Shown one piece after another: positions 20,428 through 35,812 of a stretch of DNA of 64,000 bases. Source of the stretch: Schmidtea polychroa (lineage: Eukaryota); assembly GCA_044892525.1 (NCBI GenBank), contig CM097885.1, positions 237,028,001 through 237,092,000 of the forward strand, in the 5' to 3' direction. Both the position numbers and the translations under genes were made by a program. Each line of letters begins with the position of its first letter. Position 1 is the first letter of the stretch. The notes beneath the pieces are model-generated. The model did not search any database, was not told the DNA's origin, and worked only from the letters and a program-made list of their open reading frames with translations.

Positions 20428-23400
20428 CTAAAAGTAATGAAATATTGGGGGGTTCCCTGTTAAAATACTCATAGATTTGATGGTGTTAAGTTAGGACCTG
20501 GGTCGTCCAAGTATCATAAACCTTTTTTTTTTCCTATCCACATTTTTATTCTTTTATTTAATGTTCCATTCTCAGTATATTTCAACAACAAATACATCAC
20601 CATTAGTTGATACACATTTTACCATATGAAGTTGTCACATTTTAATTGACAGAGAATAGGAAAAGGTTGACATTGAATCTATTAAAAACCCCATTGAAAA
20701 AATATTATACTCCAATTTTTATAATATTATTAGACCTATTTTGAGACCTAAAGCTTTTGAGACGGTCAATTAAAATTCTTAGGGAAACATCCAATTTTTA
20801 ATCAAAGGACAAACAAAAAAATTGCTTGAAAAAGCTGAATAATAATCGGGTTTTATAAAAATGTTAGAAATGAAAAATAAAAATATTTAAATAAAAATGA
20901 TTCAAAAAGGAATCGCAAGCGAAGGATTTGTTATGGAACATGAAGAGCTAAATGTCATGATTTGCGTTTTGTGGAATTGTAAGGACTTTGTTCTTTTTTA
21001 ACTAGTTTCTGAAGAACTATTTATGAATTTCAAGATCATTTTTAAAGAATTGAAAAGAGTTTAAAACGTTAAAAAAATGGTTATACAGAATTATTATTGA
21101 AACTATACTACCAATCATTAAGAGCCCAAACATTTAGTGCAGTAGTTGCAAGATTGATTTAAGTACATTTAAAAAATCCTTTCAAAACCTATACCAATGA
21201 CGGCGGATAAATTCGATATTAGTAAAATAATAAATAAAAAAAACTTTATAAACTATATTTCTATAAAAAATAACCATCGCTAAGGAGATAGAAGGTCCTC
21301 GTTGATTTTTCTGTAGGATTCTGGAATAGGACAGAACCTTTCTAAGAGGCGTATTAATACAAATAAAATGCAGTCAATAAAAACTGTTCTTGGTTCAGGG
21401 AACAAAAAAAGTGAGGATTTTTGGAATTTTAAAATTTAGATAAAATTATGTAAAACTTGAAATCTGTATATTTTAGTAGATATAAACAAAGAATCTATAA
21501 ATACAATTAAGAAAGGGAATCAAATTGCTTCTATTTATGAAATTGAGATTACTTAAAAACAATTTTTACACAGCTGTATTTGGCTTCCTCTCAATTTCCA
21601 GGAATTTATTTACTTCTGATGCTATTTAAAGAAATTCAATCCAATCTCAAAAGTAAAATTAATTTATAAATTATATATTTACATTTATAGTACTTTTGAA
21701 CTAAAGGCAAATTATTTTAACCCGGAAACATCTGGGATGCATTTAGGATTTTATTAAAGGAGGAAAAATATTTTTTGTTTCAACTTAATTTTTTGAAATT
21801 TTTTCACGAATTTTTTACTAAAATTATTTAAATAATAATTTTTCATACAATAATACAAAATAAACAATTTACATTTACTGGTAGATTGCAAAGAATAATA
21901 TTAAGTTTGTCAATGCAATATTTATTTAAATCCAATATCCAACGCTGTCTTGATTAATAAAACAACACGGCGAATTTCTCAATAATAATAATTGTATCAT
22001 CAATAATTAATTTCGTACAGATTTTTAATTTAATTTAATATATTATTTAATTACTAGTATAAACATGACGGGAAAAGTTAAAATGATAATAAAAATAAAA
22101 TTAATTTATTGAATTATTTTATTTTTAAAATTTTTCAAGTAACTTAAAGTTAAATTTTGTTTGCATGGATTTTTTTGCTATAATCACCAGTATTTAATTT
22201 GTTTGTTAAATTTAATATAATTCGGTCTACTTTAATGAATTCTGAATAATTTACATGCATATCCACCTGACAAACGTACAAACAAACAAACAAACGAATT
22301 AATGACGGCTATTATATTATTAATTTTTTGTCATTCTTACACAGATGAATACAAGTTACAAAACTTTAGCTATGATGTTCAAATATTTATTTTATCAAAA
22401 AGAATTTTCACTAACTATATGTCGAATTAGTTAACCGTAAATGAAAAGGCTATTAGTCTACTTCAAATAAGTTCAGTGAGGAATATTCGATCAGGAATTC
22501 CTGTTTATTGAGTCAGAGCATATATACAATTGAAATAAAATATATGTATAAACGTTTTATATTATAAGAACTTCTTTCGATTTTTACCTCTGATTTCTTT
22601 TCAATTGGCATTGTATTTATAACAAAAATGTTTAAACTTATATGTTTTAAAATTGTAACTTCTACAACTCTAAGGAAATTTTTGTCGGACTAAGTAGGGA
22701 ATATTTACACTTTAGAGAAACAAGGATTAGTTAGTTGATATAAAATTGTCATGATAATTCGAACTCGTTGACCAAACATCCCTGATACATTTGGTAAGGT
22801 AGTTATTTAAGGCATTACCTTAACAGTTATGACTAAAACAACAGAAAATGAGAAATGTTATTTAGAAATTCTTAGAAAAAAATCACTTTCATTTATTTAT
22901 TTGTAAAAAATTTTTAAAATTTTCATGCACTAGCAAAGATATATTTTTCATTATTAGTAACAATTTTAATTTATTCTTTATTGTTATTGAAAAGAAAATG
23001 TTTGTGGAGCAGCTTTTATCAAATGCGGAAGTAAAAATAATAAAAAATTGCAAGCCCATCTTGCAAATTTTGCAATTCAATTTTGTGAAAATATGAGATC
23101 GTTTTATGCACTTTTTGTAAAAATGTAGAAATTGCTAGAAAAATTTCTATTTCTAATTACTATGATTTAAGTAACAGAAATAGTCGTATATTTTCGACAT
23201 TTTACAATTACACGAATTCAAGACCCTTTAAATATTCCAGAATTCGAAAAATGTCTCCTCATCTCGATGAACCGTTTTGTGTAATAATATAAATAATTTG
23301 AAAAATACAAATAATTATTAAATATAATAATAATTACTTATTAAAGGATTTGCGATTCTCATTGGTTGAAATTCGATTTTCCGAATTATTAGAAACTGGC

Positions 23401-25659
23401 GGTACGATTCGATCTAGAGATAAATAATAAAATATTTTATTAAAACTATTTTCAGAAAAATTATATTGGAAAATATTATTGTCGTTATTAATTTAATTGA
23501 AGTTGACACAAAGAATGTACGAATGAACAGTTTTTCCCGTTTCCATTCTGCATCCGACTGGTTAATAAAACTGAGCCATTGAACGGTTGCCATTCAGTTA
23601 CCGATAGTTTACAATCGAAGAAAACGGGAAAATGAATGCCATTATAAAATTGTAGAACTGACACATTCCCAGCTGATGTATTCCGATTAAACAAATGTGT
23701 TTTGCATATGTTGAAGGCTACTATATGATCCCACACATGAAGTAATCTACACAAAAAATCAACAGATCATGTCTGACTTTTATTTAGGTGCACAAATCCT
23801 GGTGTAGAAATCGATACAATATTTTTGATACACACTATGAATCAGTGAACCCAACTGATATGTGTGATCTGATCTGATCTGATCTAGTTTAGATTTGGAT
23901 TTTTTTTTCATCAACACGAACAATGACAATATTATTACTGAAATTGTATACATTTATGTTTCACAAATGAAATTATCAAAATTAATTTTTGTGTAAAATA
24001 ATATTGCATTTTCAATTCTCCTCACTTAGGGCAATTTGTTTCTTCAAATTTTTATTTATCAGTAGATCAAATATTTGTTAGTGTCAGCTTTTTGTGGTTA
24101 TCCTTAATAATTTATTGATTTATTGTTATCTAACAACAAAACTGCATTATCGATAAATGATAAAAATAAAAAATTACAACTAAATTAGTTGGTAATTTAA
24201 ATAGTGAATATTTGTAAAATGTGTTGCAAATTTTGTTAAATGAAAATTTTCAGTGTTAAAAATAATCTTGATCATTCAATATGTTTTCAATAAATAATGA
24301 AATAAACCTGGCAATGATTTAATTATTAGAGAGCGCAATGAACCGGCATGTTTGGAATGTTTTTGGATGTTATTGTTGCTGTTTTCAAAAGTATTGAATG
24401 ATTAAATTAATATGTTAAATAATTTATTTATATTAAAATTATTTTAGATGTGAATTAAATATTATTTAAAAGATTTTTTAAATATAATGTTTAATTTAAA
24501 AATAAAAAATTATTTAAGTTTGAATAAAATTTTTAAATAATAATAATTTTATATATGTTTGATTAAATTATTACATGTATAATTTATTTCCAGCGATGTT
24601 TTGGCACATTTGAAACTACCGGTTCAGAACCAGTGGTTCACATAGACCGATGTCGTATTTATCATGACGCATGGCCAGCCGCCAACCTAAAAAACCGGTG
24701 ACTGGTCTAACGACTGCTAAACTGCCTTAAATGTGAAGTAATATTTATGTATAATATATTTTAGTAAAAGATTAGACTAGCTAGTTTTTGAATTTTTTAA
24801 ATAAACTGAACCGAACCGACTCCAATACACCAGTTTTTTTCTATCCTATCTAATGATGACACAGGCTGTTGAAATATATCGTAAAATGGATGTTTAAGAG
24901 ATTTTTTAAAAAAAATTTTAATAATATTTTTAATAGTCAGTAGTTTTATAAAAATTCTTAAAATTCTAAGAAAAGCATTTTTGTCTTAAAAATACCTTCA
25001 ATAAAAATTTAAAAGACATCAATTATGTCAGTAGCTAAAGAGGAAGACCTCAAAAATTTAAAAATAAAAAAGACAATCATCTTAGCTCGAGTGCACTCCA
25101 CACTTCTGACCATTTCAAGAATATTTCGTAGAATTGCGAAAACGGTTAAGTTAGACTAAGTTAAGATAGTTGAGTCAGAGAAACTTCTTCGGGTGATTTT
25201 TCGACTGACACGAAGAGATTGGAATTTCCATGGTGAAAAAGAGAGTAGCGATTTCAGACTTGAATGATGAAAATTAGATGGCAGTAGAATTAACCAACAA
25301 AAATATTTTCCTAAACAAGCAATTGAAATATAAAGATTTTGCTCACTGTTCCATGTGAATGTCGATTCTTTTCCAAAATGAATATAAATTGAGAAAAATA
25401 TAGACCCTGCCTTAAGCACATTTACCAATTCCAGTGTTTATTCATAGGGTTTCCCAAGCTATGTTCCAATGAAACTAAATAAGTATTCCTTGAAAATCTT
25501 GAATGGCCAACTATCATTAGTCTGTCGACAGTTGCTAATAAATATTATTCATAAATCTGTATAAAAGATCAAACAAAACAACTTGGAAATAAGTGTTAAG
25601 TATTCAACATATAACCTATTTCATAAGTAAGTCTGAGCTGTTTTGACGAAATCTTAGAA

Positions 25660-27330
25660 AACCAAACTAAAAGAGGGATTAATTCAGCCACAAAGGATGC
25701 CATCAAAAAGCTGTTACAACTCGGAGTCAAGAAGCCAAAGCTCATCAGCCAGAATTTTTTTAAAGAGAAGCTATTTCATGTTGAAACTGAAGTTCAAAAT
25801 GAAAGACAACTTTTCAACTTTCTTCAAACTTTAAAAGGGTCAAATTCAAAATCACTAACTTTTGGTGAGTTAGTCACTATTCTCGAGAAAAATGCAACCA
25901 TTCCAGAAGACTTAGATTCTCCATTCATTCTTTATCAACTAACATTAGATATGATGATGAACAACAAACATTTCCAGTCAACAATTTCAACATTCAAATA
26001 GAGAGAGAGTCATTCCGATTTTTGGTCAAAACTAGGCGCTTTTTATCAATCTCATCAACAACAAAGTTCATTCATGCAGACAACACTTACAAACTAATTT
26101 GGAACAATTTTACTGTCCTTATTTGCGGCACCAGTGACATGGATAAAGTGTTTCATCCATTTGGAATTTCATTGTATACAAATGAAAGACAAGAAGATTT
26201 TCAATTCATGTTTGAAAGCCTGCAAGTAGAACTTGAAGCAACTTACCAACCAATTTTACTAAATGATGGATCCGTTGCATTGATTGCTGATGCCATAACA
26301 AATGGATTCAATTCAGTTTTTTTCAAGTGGAAATTACTGCACACGCCGCATGTACTGGTTTCACACGAAGAAAGCAGTTGAAAATCATTTGTCCATTCTT
26401 GGCGACAAAACCCTATAAGATTCCATTCTGAAGGACATTGACGTACTTCAACTAGCTATTTCTGAGAAACAGTTCCAATCAGCCACCAATCTTTTTCTTC
26501 AGAAGTATTAAAAGAATCTGAATGTGAATATAATGAAATTTCTCATATATTTCTTCAGTGAATGGCTTGTCCAGCATGTTGGATGGTATCAAGGCTATTT
26601 GGAAGAAAGTCCTTCCACAAATAATGGCCTAGAGTCCATTAACAACACTAAAAAAGAATCAACTTTTCGGAACAGAATGCAAATGTCAGAATTCTTAAAA
26701 ACAACACTTGATGTTGCTGAAAACTGGTCACTCAAACAAAATCCTACATCAGCAAATCATCCAAAGATTTTTCAAGAAAGTCGACAGTAACCACATCTGC
26801 CTTTACTTCTGCTTACAACTGGCTAAAATGGGCAACCATAATTAAAAAAGAACTTCCAGGATCTAATCAGTACTTCATAAGCAGAAGAGCAACAACACAG
26901 ATCACAAAAATACAAATCAAAGAATACTTTTGAGCAATAAATTGTTCACCCTTGTCCTTTGATGAGTATCACAGATTTTTTCCTCAATGTGGTGTGCTGA
27001 GTTTTGTACTGATGATAGTAAAACAAATTTGAAATAAGCAAGATATTCCTGTCCATCATGTTATCAAAAAATTACATCTACAAGCATATAATTGGAATTG
27101 CAGCTAGACTTAAACTTGTCATAATTCTAAATTTGGCAAAAACTTCCGATTGGGAAAAAGCGAAAAAGAGATCAGCCAACATTAGCAAGGAAAGCATTGG
27201 CAGTTCAACCAGAACAAATTCAAGAAAACTGTGTCAAAAATACATCTCAGAATAATACTCAACTACCCTCCAAAAAACGTGGTAGGCCTCCAAAGTCAAA
27301 GATACAATCAACAGTCAAATAAGTATTTTT
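25660..27330 (+). mobile_element. MULE/Mutator-like transposase remnant
   Basis: HADNTYKL...GTSDMDKVFHPFG; ADAITNGF; WFH; STNNGLESIN; SWIM-like KHIIG; AT-hook KRGRPPK; many stops and frameshifts. Confidence 0.85.
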
Positions 27331-27724
27331 AATAGCCTTCCTGAAGTCAGCATTTCATTATTTTCATATTCGTATTTGTCTTTTTAAAAAAATTAATAAA
27401 TGTTTAAATGTTAATATTGTGTTTTTCATTTGTTTATATACCTAATATTAATAAGCACCTGTGCTACAATGCTACACAATGTAAATAAAATTATGGCGAT
27501 AGTCATTATATAGGGTTGATCACACGATATTTTTCTAATAGGATGTTTAATTGAATGACCCCTCAAAAAAATGGTGACACGTCATATTATATATGGTCAT
27601 GACTATAACATCTTCATAGTCTTTGGAAACATTGTCAATGTCTGAATCGCTTTTTTGTTTGCACTGTAGAAAGAAAATTTGACTTTCGGTGCATAAGTCA
27701 CAAATTATTTTTTGTCAATTGGAA

Positions 27725-28070
27725 AAAAATCAACTATAAAACATGTTTTTTGAAACTCTATATATTTCACTCTCTTAATTTCAACATATTTTAGATATAA
27801 TTATGTTATCTCTTTAATCCGAAATTAATGAATAGATAGAATTTATATTGAAATAAGGAAATAACACTAGATTTGACAAATAAATATTTTTTGAATTAAC
27901 CCACATTCCGTAATCAGATCGATCTGAAATTTTGATAACTTGTTCTCGACAACGAATCTAATTTCCAAATTTCAGCTCAATCCGATCACAGGAAGTAGGG
28001 TAATTTGGCCTCACAAAATTTCCGTGGCAATCAAACATACATCAGTGAAGTTAATATAGAGAGTAAAAAA
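27725..28070 (+). mobile_element. DINE-1/HINE-like repeat copy
   Basis: High similarity to 5015-5310. Confidence 0.6.
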
Positions 28071-28240
28071 TGCAACTTATGCTCGTAAAAATACGGTAGG
28101 CTTTAACTACGAGGTTAGACCTCACATGCTCGGACATAATTCTTTTTCTCAAGATTTAATGACAATTAACACGTGTTTAATTTTAGTTTATTTAGTTATT
28201 TTTATAGTTAAGAGTTAGGAAAAAGTTAATAAAAATTTAC

Positions 28241-28739
28241 TTGGTAGTAAATATTCGGTCTTCTGTTTGCATCCTTTTGATTCAAACCACGCTGATCTGG
28301 TTACCAGTGAATCTGATTTCGTAAAATTTGTAATTTTTTTATCAGGTTTCAATGCGATTACAGCTTGAGGTGGCTTGTGGAGTATTGATGCGTCGAGTTT
28401 ACCGAAATCCGGAGAGTCATAAACTTTATATGATTTTCTCTGTGAATTTGATTCTGTATTTTCAATAAATTTATTAGGAGTGTTCCTGTCTGACTGTTTA
28501 TCTATATTTCTGATATTTTTATGATAGTTTGGATGAATATCAGAAGTCTTCGGTGATGTTGATTTGCATTTTGCCGCTGAACTTGTAGTGTGAGAAACGA
28601 CAGAGGATGAAAACTGGCGAATGCAAACTCTTTGAGATGGATCTTGATTAATAGGCTGGATTTTTGGTCTTTTTTGGTTATCATTTGAATTAATTATTTT
28701 TCTTTCAAATTTTTCTTTTTTCACTGGTTGAAAATATTT
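28241..28739 (-). CDS. Internal exon of an unidentified Ser/Lys-rich host gene
   Basis: TTTTAG acceptor and GTAAAT donor; open for 166 codons. Its phase-0 start is compatible with the exon at 45442-46257. Confidence 0.6.
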
Positions 28740-28842
28740 CTAAAATTAAACATTTTTTGATATAATTTCCCAAAATTACTTTTTAAACAATTTAAGATAT
28801 GCAAACAATTTTATAAGTTTATAATAATAAATAATAATAATT

Positions 28843-29150
<308 letters not shown>

Positions 29151-29521
29151 TTAGAATAGAGCTTGTTAGCTTTTTTATTCATTTAAAAAGTATTTGTAAT
29201 AATTTATAAAAATTGGAAATTTCTTTATCAAAAATACAAATCGTATATTAAAAAAAAATTCCATTGCAACTTTCTCAGTTCTTGAATCTTTTACTGTGAA
29301 ATATTATTTTTCCTAAAAATTTCAAAAAAACGATAAATTATTTACTACAAATCTATTAAGTAAATCATTTCACATTTTCAGACAGAATTGGAAAGGACAT
29401 AAATCATTTATTTTTGTGTGTTTTGCACAATTTCCAGAAAACACTCTTAATTATACACAAACTTTCAATAACCAAATATTTTAGCTACTTCATCGTTGGT
29501 TCGCTCCTAAGGGGTCTGGAA

Positions 29522-31778
29522 CAGTGTTTCCTAACCTGTGGTTCACACTATCTTTTCAGGTGGTCCCAGACGGCGCTAGCAAGAATTTTACAGAGAAAAT
29601 TAGAAAGTTTTAAATAGAAATTTCTCTTTTTAGTGTTTTTTTGAAATGTGAATAATACCGATACAAATTCTAAAAAAGTATTTTTTAAATTTTCAAACAG
29701 TTTCCTTGTAATAGCAGTAAAAATGAAGCGCTTACAAATCCATTTTGTATGGCCATTCTGATAAACACGAGAAATTTAGAGCGCCTTAATTGGTTTGAGA
29801 CGGAGAGAGGGTTAAAATTATATGAATTTTGATTAAAAATGTTTTTAGGTGTTCGTGAAGAAGAAGATTTTGGAGTAATCTTTATGAGCTAAGACAAACA
29901 AAGTAACAGGAAATTGAATATTACTAATTATATCTAAATATGAAGGCCCATTTTTAATAAAAATACTAAAACGCAAAACAAATAAAATATATTTCAATAA
30001 AAATACCCCCATTATCAGTCTGCTATCATAATCTGTATCAAAAGTTATACACGGAAACAATTATGACGTAATAATTATGATTTATTGAGTTAATTCAATT
30101 ATCTCAATAAATTCGTTGCTGATTGAATGTTAATTGCGGGGGATTGAGATTAAATCACCAACGCTGCACATTAAATTCTTTCCCAATTATTAATGTTTTA
30201 AATACAATTTTAAAATCTATATATCAGTTGTCTCTTTAGACATTTTTCTATGCTCACCAATATTTATCATGCCTTTCAGTCGGCCATGTTTGAGATTTGC
30301 AATAGTTGGCAAAAGTTGCATTTCTGAAAAAAATATATTCCATTTCATAAATTAACTAAATCTTAATTTTCATGGACAATCAAATTGAATCGTCCAAACG
30401 AAAATTAATTTTTTTGTGAAGAAGATCACGAAAAGATTATATGGATGTGATCGAAAAGCCTTTTGAAGAATATTTTCTAGGTAGTACGTATATACTTTTA
30501 CAACAAGGACAACTTATTGAAGTATCATTTATTATGTATATAAAGGCAACGAATTCTTTACGATCAACAAAAAAGAGTGAAACATTATTTCTTCTTAGTG
30601 ATGTAAAAACAAAACAGAGAAATCCTATGGAAGTTACATTGGCCTTGAGATTAATCTCTAACTTCATATTTCTTATTTCTACATCTGTTTCGACCAGTCA
30701 GAGGGGGATTGCCTCTGACTGGCAGTCATTTGGCTTTTTTCTATCGCGTCTGTGTGCGCGGTCTGGTTAGACCGGTTCTTGTTGGTGTGCGCACACAGAC
30801 GCGAGCAATGGATTGAGTTTTGTGGGTAGGTGGTTTATTGCGATTGTAAATTTTTATGGATTGTTGTTTTAGAAATTATTTGATTGGAAACCGGATTTAA
30901 TTTGGTTGTTTTAAAGGGAGATTGTGGAAGACATTTTAAATTGGTTTAAAAGTGAATTCTGGAAATTTGAATTTGTAATGCGAGAGGGAAGTTTTGTGCA
31001 TCATTTGGAATGTTTTGGTTGTCAAGAATGTAATCATAGAGGAGCTCATGGAATTATTGTTGTGGTTGATGTTACCGATCAAGATTCGTTTAACAATGTT
31101 AAAAATTGGCTTAATGAAATCGACAGATATGCGAAAGGAAAAATTCCCGATAAATTAATTGTATCGATTGTCACGGAACTTTCACAGTTGTTGCCAGCAT
31201 TTTTCATGATTATGCATGGGATCGAGTCTTCTAAATTCACAGATAAGTTCGTCAATAAAGGCAACGATATTGTATTATGTATTCGTGAGGAAATAATATT
31301 GAATCATGCTATGTCGGATCTTTCAAATCGATTTGTTTGCAACACGGAAATCAGAAATTATTTAATTGAAGAATTATCCAACAGATTTTCTCAGTTGTCC
31401 GAATTAAAACATCAGGGTACTTTGGCGTTTATTTCATGGATACCAGAAACAATGAAAATCAATAGTCGTATGATTATGGCTGCATTAACATCTGACATTG
31501 GACATGACAGTGAAATGGACAAAATGACATTCAAAATTGATCCACTGTCCTCTTTGGAGAAAAATAAAATTCTTATTCGTTCGTTTGATCTGAATCAACA
31601 TCCATAAATTTTCCTTTTAATGCTCCAGTGAATAAAAATTGTATATTACTGATATATGCCTATTAGTTCACTAGTCAATATTTACAGATTTTAATGTAAG
31701 TAACTAAACTCTTAAATCCTTAACTGTAGCAGTGATTTGGTAACATAGTTCATAGATCTGAAAATGTTGGAAACTCTA
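29522..31778 (+). mobile_element. Charlie-type hAT non-autonomous element carrying a chimeric ORF (Pack-hAT)
   Basis: Left end CAGTGTTTCCTAACC, right end GTTGGAAACTCTA (degenerate TIR). Flanks GTCTGGAA / TTCTTGAA match 6/8 and resemble the nTCTAGAn target. Confidence 0.55.
30924..31607 (+). pseudogene. Mosaic ORF: LIM-domain fragment + Rab1 fragment + unknown + ADF/cofilin fragment
   Basis: FEFVMR...[15 protein letters not shown] (LMO-type LIM, ~30966-31040); [32 protein letters not shown] (Rab1, ~31038-31133); [21 protein letters not shown] (cofilin-like, ~31416-31484). Confidence 0.75.
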
Positions 31779-32514
31779 TTCTTGAAGAGACAATTAAAAA
31801 ACCTTTGTGCACAATTTCGCACAATTTTGTACAATTTCAAAAAAACTACGGTATAGCTGTTAGTACTGCGGTCTACTTACTTATGAAAGGCGTGTGTAGC
31901 AGAAGGGACACCAAAACCAATATACGTCCTTGGACATGGATGGCATATAAAAGGTTAAAAATATTTCATCAAAACAATATAAAAATTAATCCAGGCGAAA
32001 AACTTTTACTAAACCAGTAAATATTATTGGAAATATTTTTACTTAGTTTGATCGCAATTTTGATAATGCCAAAATGATTATATACCAATTTAATATCTAA
32101 AGTCATCTCTGATTTCAGGTTAAATGGGGAAATAGTTATGTTGACCGTTTGACGGATTACCGAGGTGGGATTTCCCTGTAGATATGACTGCCAGAATAGT
32201 TAAATCCGGCATAAATTTTGTTGACAATTATCTTTATCAGCTTTAACTTTGATAATATAAAAATAAATTAATTTTGTAATTAATATACGATTGCTTTTCC
32301 TGGCAAAGGGAATATATTTGACAGTTGATAATTATATTCTGAATAACTAATAAATGGGTTTTATATTATTTTAACATACATAATTGCAATAATATTATCA
32401 TTAAAAATAAAATGTATGCTAGTGAAGGAGATTTATATATTTTTGGAAATCTCATAATCTTAATTACGGAAAATATAAAATATTCTTTTATTTTAAACTG
32501 ACAACTTTTCTTCT

Positions 32515-33980
32515 TCTCCAAAAATCCATAAAGATGGCGTGCTTATGAGACCTGTTTTATCCATGATTGGCACTGCCCAGTATAAAATAGCCAAATTTTT
32601 TGATGGATTATTGAAACCATTAATACGATCAGAATTTGAATGTAAAGATAGTTTTGAATTTGTTTCCTGCATTGCACAATATGATAGAGAAAGTATGGAT
32701 GAAATTATGGTTTCGTTTAATGTTTGTAGTCTGTTTACTAATGTACCATTGGTTGAAACAATTGAATTATGTTGCTTGTTATGGAATGAAAATATTTCTG
32801 AACATCATATTTTGGATGGAAGAGCATTTCGTGAACTTCTTGTATTTGCTACTTTAAAAATCAATTTTCTTTTCAATAATGAATGGTATCAACAAATAGA
32901 TGGAGTTGCTATGGGTTCTCCTTTAGCACCAACGATGGCTTCAATTTTTTTAGCAAGCTTAGAAAAGAAAATTGCATCTTTTTAATGTATGAAACCCACT
33001 GTTTATAAACGGTATGTGAATGATATTTTTCTTATATTTGAAAATCAGAGGCATGTTGATCAGTTTTTGCATTATATGAATAGTCTACATAAAAACATTG
33101 TATTCACATGTGAAACGGCGAAAAAATAACCACTTGCTTTCTTGGATTTGTTAAAACAACGCAAAGAGAAACACTATGAGACAGAGATTTATAGAAAACC
33201 AACTGATACTCTCTCTCTAGACTTCATCCGAAAGTTTTTGTGAATTCAAGTATAAAAGAAATATGGTGAAGGGTTTGATTTATCGTTCATGGTCTTTTTC
33301 TTCTACTTTTGAAAATTCAGTAAAAGTGTTGATAAATTGGTTGAAATGTTAATGAAGAACGGTTATTCAAAATCCTTTTTATTAATTATGGTAAAAGAGA
33401 CTGTTGACAAATTTATTAAAAATTTTAAGGATCCATGTTTGAGCAAATCTGAGTGTGATGTTGTTGAGGTGTGTGAGTCTGATGAGTCAAATAAATTAAA
33501 TAGTGTGAGCAAGGATGATGAGCCTAAATTTGTGTTAGTATTGCCGTACTCAGAAGGTTTTAAGGATTATAAAGTGAAGATAAGAAAGCAGTTAGGGAAT
33601 TTAAACTATAGGACAGTGTCAACTTCGTGGAAAGTACGCAATATCTTTATTAATAAGTCTAAAACTCCGGTCGAATTGTGTTCCATCTCATTTATCATTT
33701 TACATGCAATGGGTGTAATGCCACATACATTGGAGAGACTTCCCGTCATCTCTGTATTCGAGCTCGAGAACATTGTAGACCGAAGGCTTTGACCCATATT
33801 AGTTAGCACAATAAGGGCTGTAAGATTAAAATAGGTATGTTGATTTTAAATTTTATTAAAAAAATTTGATAACTATTGGGAACGTGTGATTTGTGAGGTG
33901 TTGTTGATAGAGTCATTTGAATCCGAAAATTAATGTGCAGAATGCAGTGAATACTTGTATTTTAAATGTTTTTAAATAAT
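32515..33980 (+). mobile_element. Penelope-like retroelement (RT + GIY-YIG), 5'-truncated and decayed
   Basis: PKIHK...RPVLS; SFNVCSLFTNVP; QIDGVAMGSPLAP; KRYVNDIF; YRKPT; IYHFTCNGCNATYIGETSR...R.REH. Confidence 0.92.
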
Positions 33981-35699
33981 ATTTTTCTTGCATATTGTAT
34001 GTATTAATTGTTGTGTTAAATTTAAATATTAATAAAATTTTTTAAATTATTAAATTAAATTCTGAATTCTAAAATTTTAAAAATAATTAAATGTTTTTAT
34101 TAAATAAAAAAGTTTTTATATAATTAATAAATAAATATAAATAAATTGTAAGTCTTCATTATAAATTGACTAATATATATTTATATATAATTATAAATGG
34201 ATACTAAGTAAGAGAGTGAATAAAATTCATAAATATGTAAATTATTTTCTTCTTGAAAATAATTTTGAAACCAAATTTTCATTTATTAAAAGCAAAAGTC
34301 TCCAACCTAAATTGTTACCAAGGGCTAAAATAAAATTTTAAAAAAATTATTGGGGTGTATACAGTGATGAAAAAAAATTCATTTGCAATTTTTTAGGGTC
34401 CGTAGCTTGTGTACCTTATGCCCATATGTAATAGGTAATCCGAAACTTGATGTATAAATACACAGTGATGAGAAGTAATAATAACCATCAAAAAGATTTG
34501 TAATATAAAAAAATGTTATTAAAGAAAATACCTATATCTATACTCTTATACGGATTGTTAAAAGAAATCATCATACCTCCAATATATTCATCCCAAACTT
34601 GATGTTGAATTTATATTGGTCTGTTAGTAATATCATCAAAAATTAAGCTTGTCATTTAAAAGGTTTGTAGTTTATTCCTCATTGTCAAAAATAGCTTTCA
34701 TTTTATCAATCTGAAAAAAGGTTGAAGATCTTTGATTAAAACAATGTGAAACTTAATCACAAAAATGTTATTAAATTTAATTCTATTTGATTAGATTTTT
34801 TACCGAAATAGAATTTTGCAAGAGTTAAAAAATTTAATTGATATTTTTAAAATTATTTTATTATATTTTACATTTATTTTATTATATTTTACATTTATCT
34901 AAATTATTTAAAAATATGAATTAATTACGCTTCAAATGAAGAGAGGAAAAATTATGAATTCATTATTGGATGTATTATATGAATATTTCAAATACAATTA
35001 AAACAAAAAAATACATATTATTGCTTGGAATATATTTTAAAATTAGCCCATGCTTCCTAACAATGCAGAGGCTTATAAAATGAAAATGAAGTAACCAAAA
35101 ATTACATTTTAATTTATAATTTTCAAAACAACAAATTCAAAATTAATCTTCAGGCGCAAAATTTACAAAAAAGAAAAAATTGCAGAATAAAGTTTGAGTA
35201 GTTGTATTGATTTTTTTGTATATTGTTTTAGAAAAGAATTATTTGGAATGGATAATAAAAATTAAATGGAGAATCAAAAAGGGAATGAGATGAAGTAAGC
35301 GGAAATGCTAATATTTTTTATTTATTATGTCCCAATACAATTTTATTAATTTTTACTATATTTTAATCAAGAGTGGTGTGAATATATTGTATATGGAGTT
35401 GAAAGGAAAATACAAAAACATTCACGAGCAAATAAATATTTGTAATTTGCCTTATATTAATACAAAATCTAAAAATATTATTACAAATAATTTCAAGTAT
35501 CCATATTTCTTTTAAATGATGTCTTTTCTCAATTTTTATAAATCAAGATTAATGATTCTATAATTTAATAACACCCTATAGATAAGTTAAAACAACTCAC
35601 TTATTATTTATTTATGAAGAAAATATTTTATACATGTATATTTTGGAAATATATGATATTTATTGGAAATATTTCGTCATTTCAATGTGACAGTAGATC

Positions 35700-35812
35700 A
35701 AAAAATTAATTTTTTAAAGTGACACAAATTTTCGGCACGACTTTTATCATGTTTAATTTATAGAACTTGATAAAGGCAGTGCCGAAAATTTGTGCTACAT
35801 CTAAAAATTAGA
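35700..35812. repeat. Inverted repeat of a Penelope pLTR-like end
   Basis: CACAAATTTTCGGCAC…TTTATCA pairs with TGATAAAGGCAGTGCCGAAAATTTGTG; related single copies near 38890 and 57300. Confidence 0.55.

Noticed and set aside
23488..23754. Minus-strand ORF as the bridging exon of the orphan gene
   Set aside because: No recognisable homology, and the splice donor is uncertain.
30924..31607. Functional Rab1 gene
   Set aside because: Only about 32 aa match Rab1; there is no P-loop, NKxD motif or C-terminal Cys.
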